Shown piece after piece: positions 38,058-38,394 of a DNA stretch of 38,394 nt (its first letter is position 1; every line of letters begins with the position of its first letter). The stretch lies in the NCBI GenBank assembly GCA_017610385.1, contig JAFCCC010000006.1:1-38394 (forward strand), written 5' to 3'. A program made the translations under genes and the position numbers. Below the pieces are notes generated by a model. The model did no database searches. It was not told the DNA's origin and saw only the letters and a list, made by a program, of their open reading frames with translations. This stretch comes from Candidatus Nanohalarchaeota archaeon (lineage in GTDB: Archaea > Nanohalarchaeota > Nanosalinia > Nanosalinales > JAFCCC01).

Positions 38058-38394
38058 GTTAATATCACTCCTTTTCTCTCTTTTTTATTTTTTTCTTCAA
38101 TTATTTCATTAATATTTTCTTTAATTATTTCAATTGCTTTTTTGATTATTGGTTCTCTAATAACAACTGGAATAAATTTATTTCTTATCCTTTTAATATT
38201 CGGTCCTATCCTTTTTCCTACTATTACGTCAACACCCCTTAAAGCTGATCCAACCTTTTTTGCTTTTTCCGGGTCTCCATGAATTAATCTTTCATCTTCT
38301 TCATATTTTTTATTTTCTCTTTTTTCTTTGAAAATTAATTTTCCTTCACAATATTCATATATTAAAAAATATTTAGACATGCCAACATGATCAT
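38054..38394 (-). CDS. Nitro_FeMo-Co (NifX/NafY-like) family protein, 5'-truncated by the window edge
   Basis: 'DHVGMSKYFLIYEY...HGD..A..L.GVDVIVGKRIGPNIKRIR' matches the 'HFGRAPYFLIYD' core of the family. The frame stays open to the window end, so the true start lies beyond 38394. Confidence 0.6.
   Translation of the reverse strand, partial: DHVGMSKYFLIYEYCEGKLIFKEKRENKKYEEDERLIHGDPEKAKKVGSALRGVDVIVGKRIGPNIKRIRNKFIPVVIREPIIKKAIEIIKENINEIIEEKNKKERKGVILT

Noticed and set aside
1-38394. CRISPR arrays, IS elements and integrases
   Set aside because: There are no regularly spaced repeat-spacer arrays and no transposase or integrase motifs in any frame. The only repeats are the short tandem duplications reported above.

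Overview
This 38.4-kb window is AT-rich (about 30% GC by eye) and comes from an archaeon. The evidence for archaeal origin is an archaeal-type ThrRS with an N-terminal editing domain, ribosomal proteins S19e, L39e, L31e and LX, prefoldin alpha, an HTH_45-type winged helix and a family-4 UDG. It is mostly housekeeping and accessory genes with no CRISPR array and no obvious transposase.

Recognisable content:
- thrS and ileS.
- The S19e / PDCD5-like DNA-binding protein / L39e / L31e operon.
- A separate LX / prefoldin-alpha / FtsY operon.
- A Fur/Zur regulator divergent from znuABC.
- A redox block: two thioredoxins, thioredoxin reductase, Glu/Leu-type dehydrogenase, DUF59/MIP18, a CPHC thioredoxin-fold protein and a CoA-binding protein.
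- An HtrA-like serine protease, a site-2 protease (M50), a UDG, a CofD/YvcK-family protein and an AbrB-PhoU regulator.

The main candidate for something undescribed is a tightly packed seven-ORF minus-strand operon at 9380-15833. It runs MoxR AAA+ ATPase, DUF58, a BatA-like vWA protein (its N-terminal TM segment cut off by an in-frame TAA), a double-TM protein with a ~200-aa Gln/Asn-rich prion-like insert, an SPFH/stomatin protein, and a 367-aa proline-rich tandem-repeat protein with no obvious homologue.

Other oddities:
- Two paralogous mini-ferredoxins with Arg/Gly-rich tails. One has no canonical start codon. The other sits next to a frameshifted DUF5320-like zinc-ribbon ORF and a partial NifX/Nitro_FeMo-Co-family gene.
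- Short patches of elevated GC (about 40%) that look foreign: an LTXXQ/Spy-like gene, an ORF-less GC-rich stretch at about 6600-6800 that may be a structured RNA, and two acidic ORFs flanking the PhoU regulator, one carrying a 'CYLTTAC...LRSFRED' motif.
- A ~170-aa Lys/Glu-rich tail on L31e.
- Three recurrent short tandem duplications of stop-codon-proximal sequence (ftsY, a GT-like gene, and an L31e-tail 24-mer that recurs after the kinase-like gene).
- Iteron-like direct repeats upstream of a small HTH regulator.
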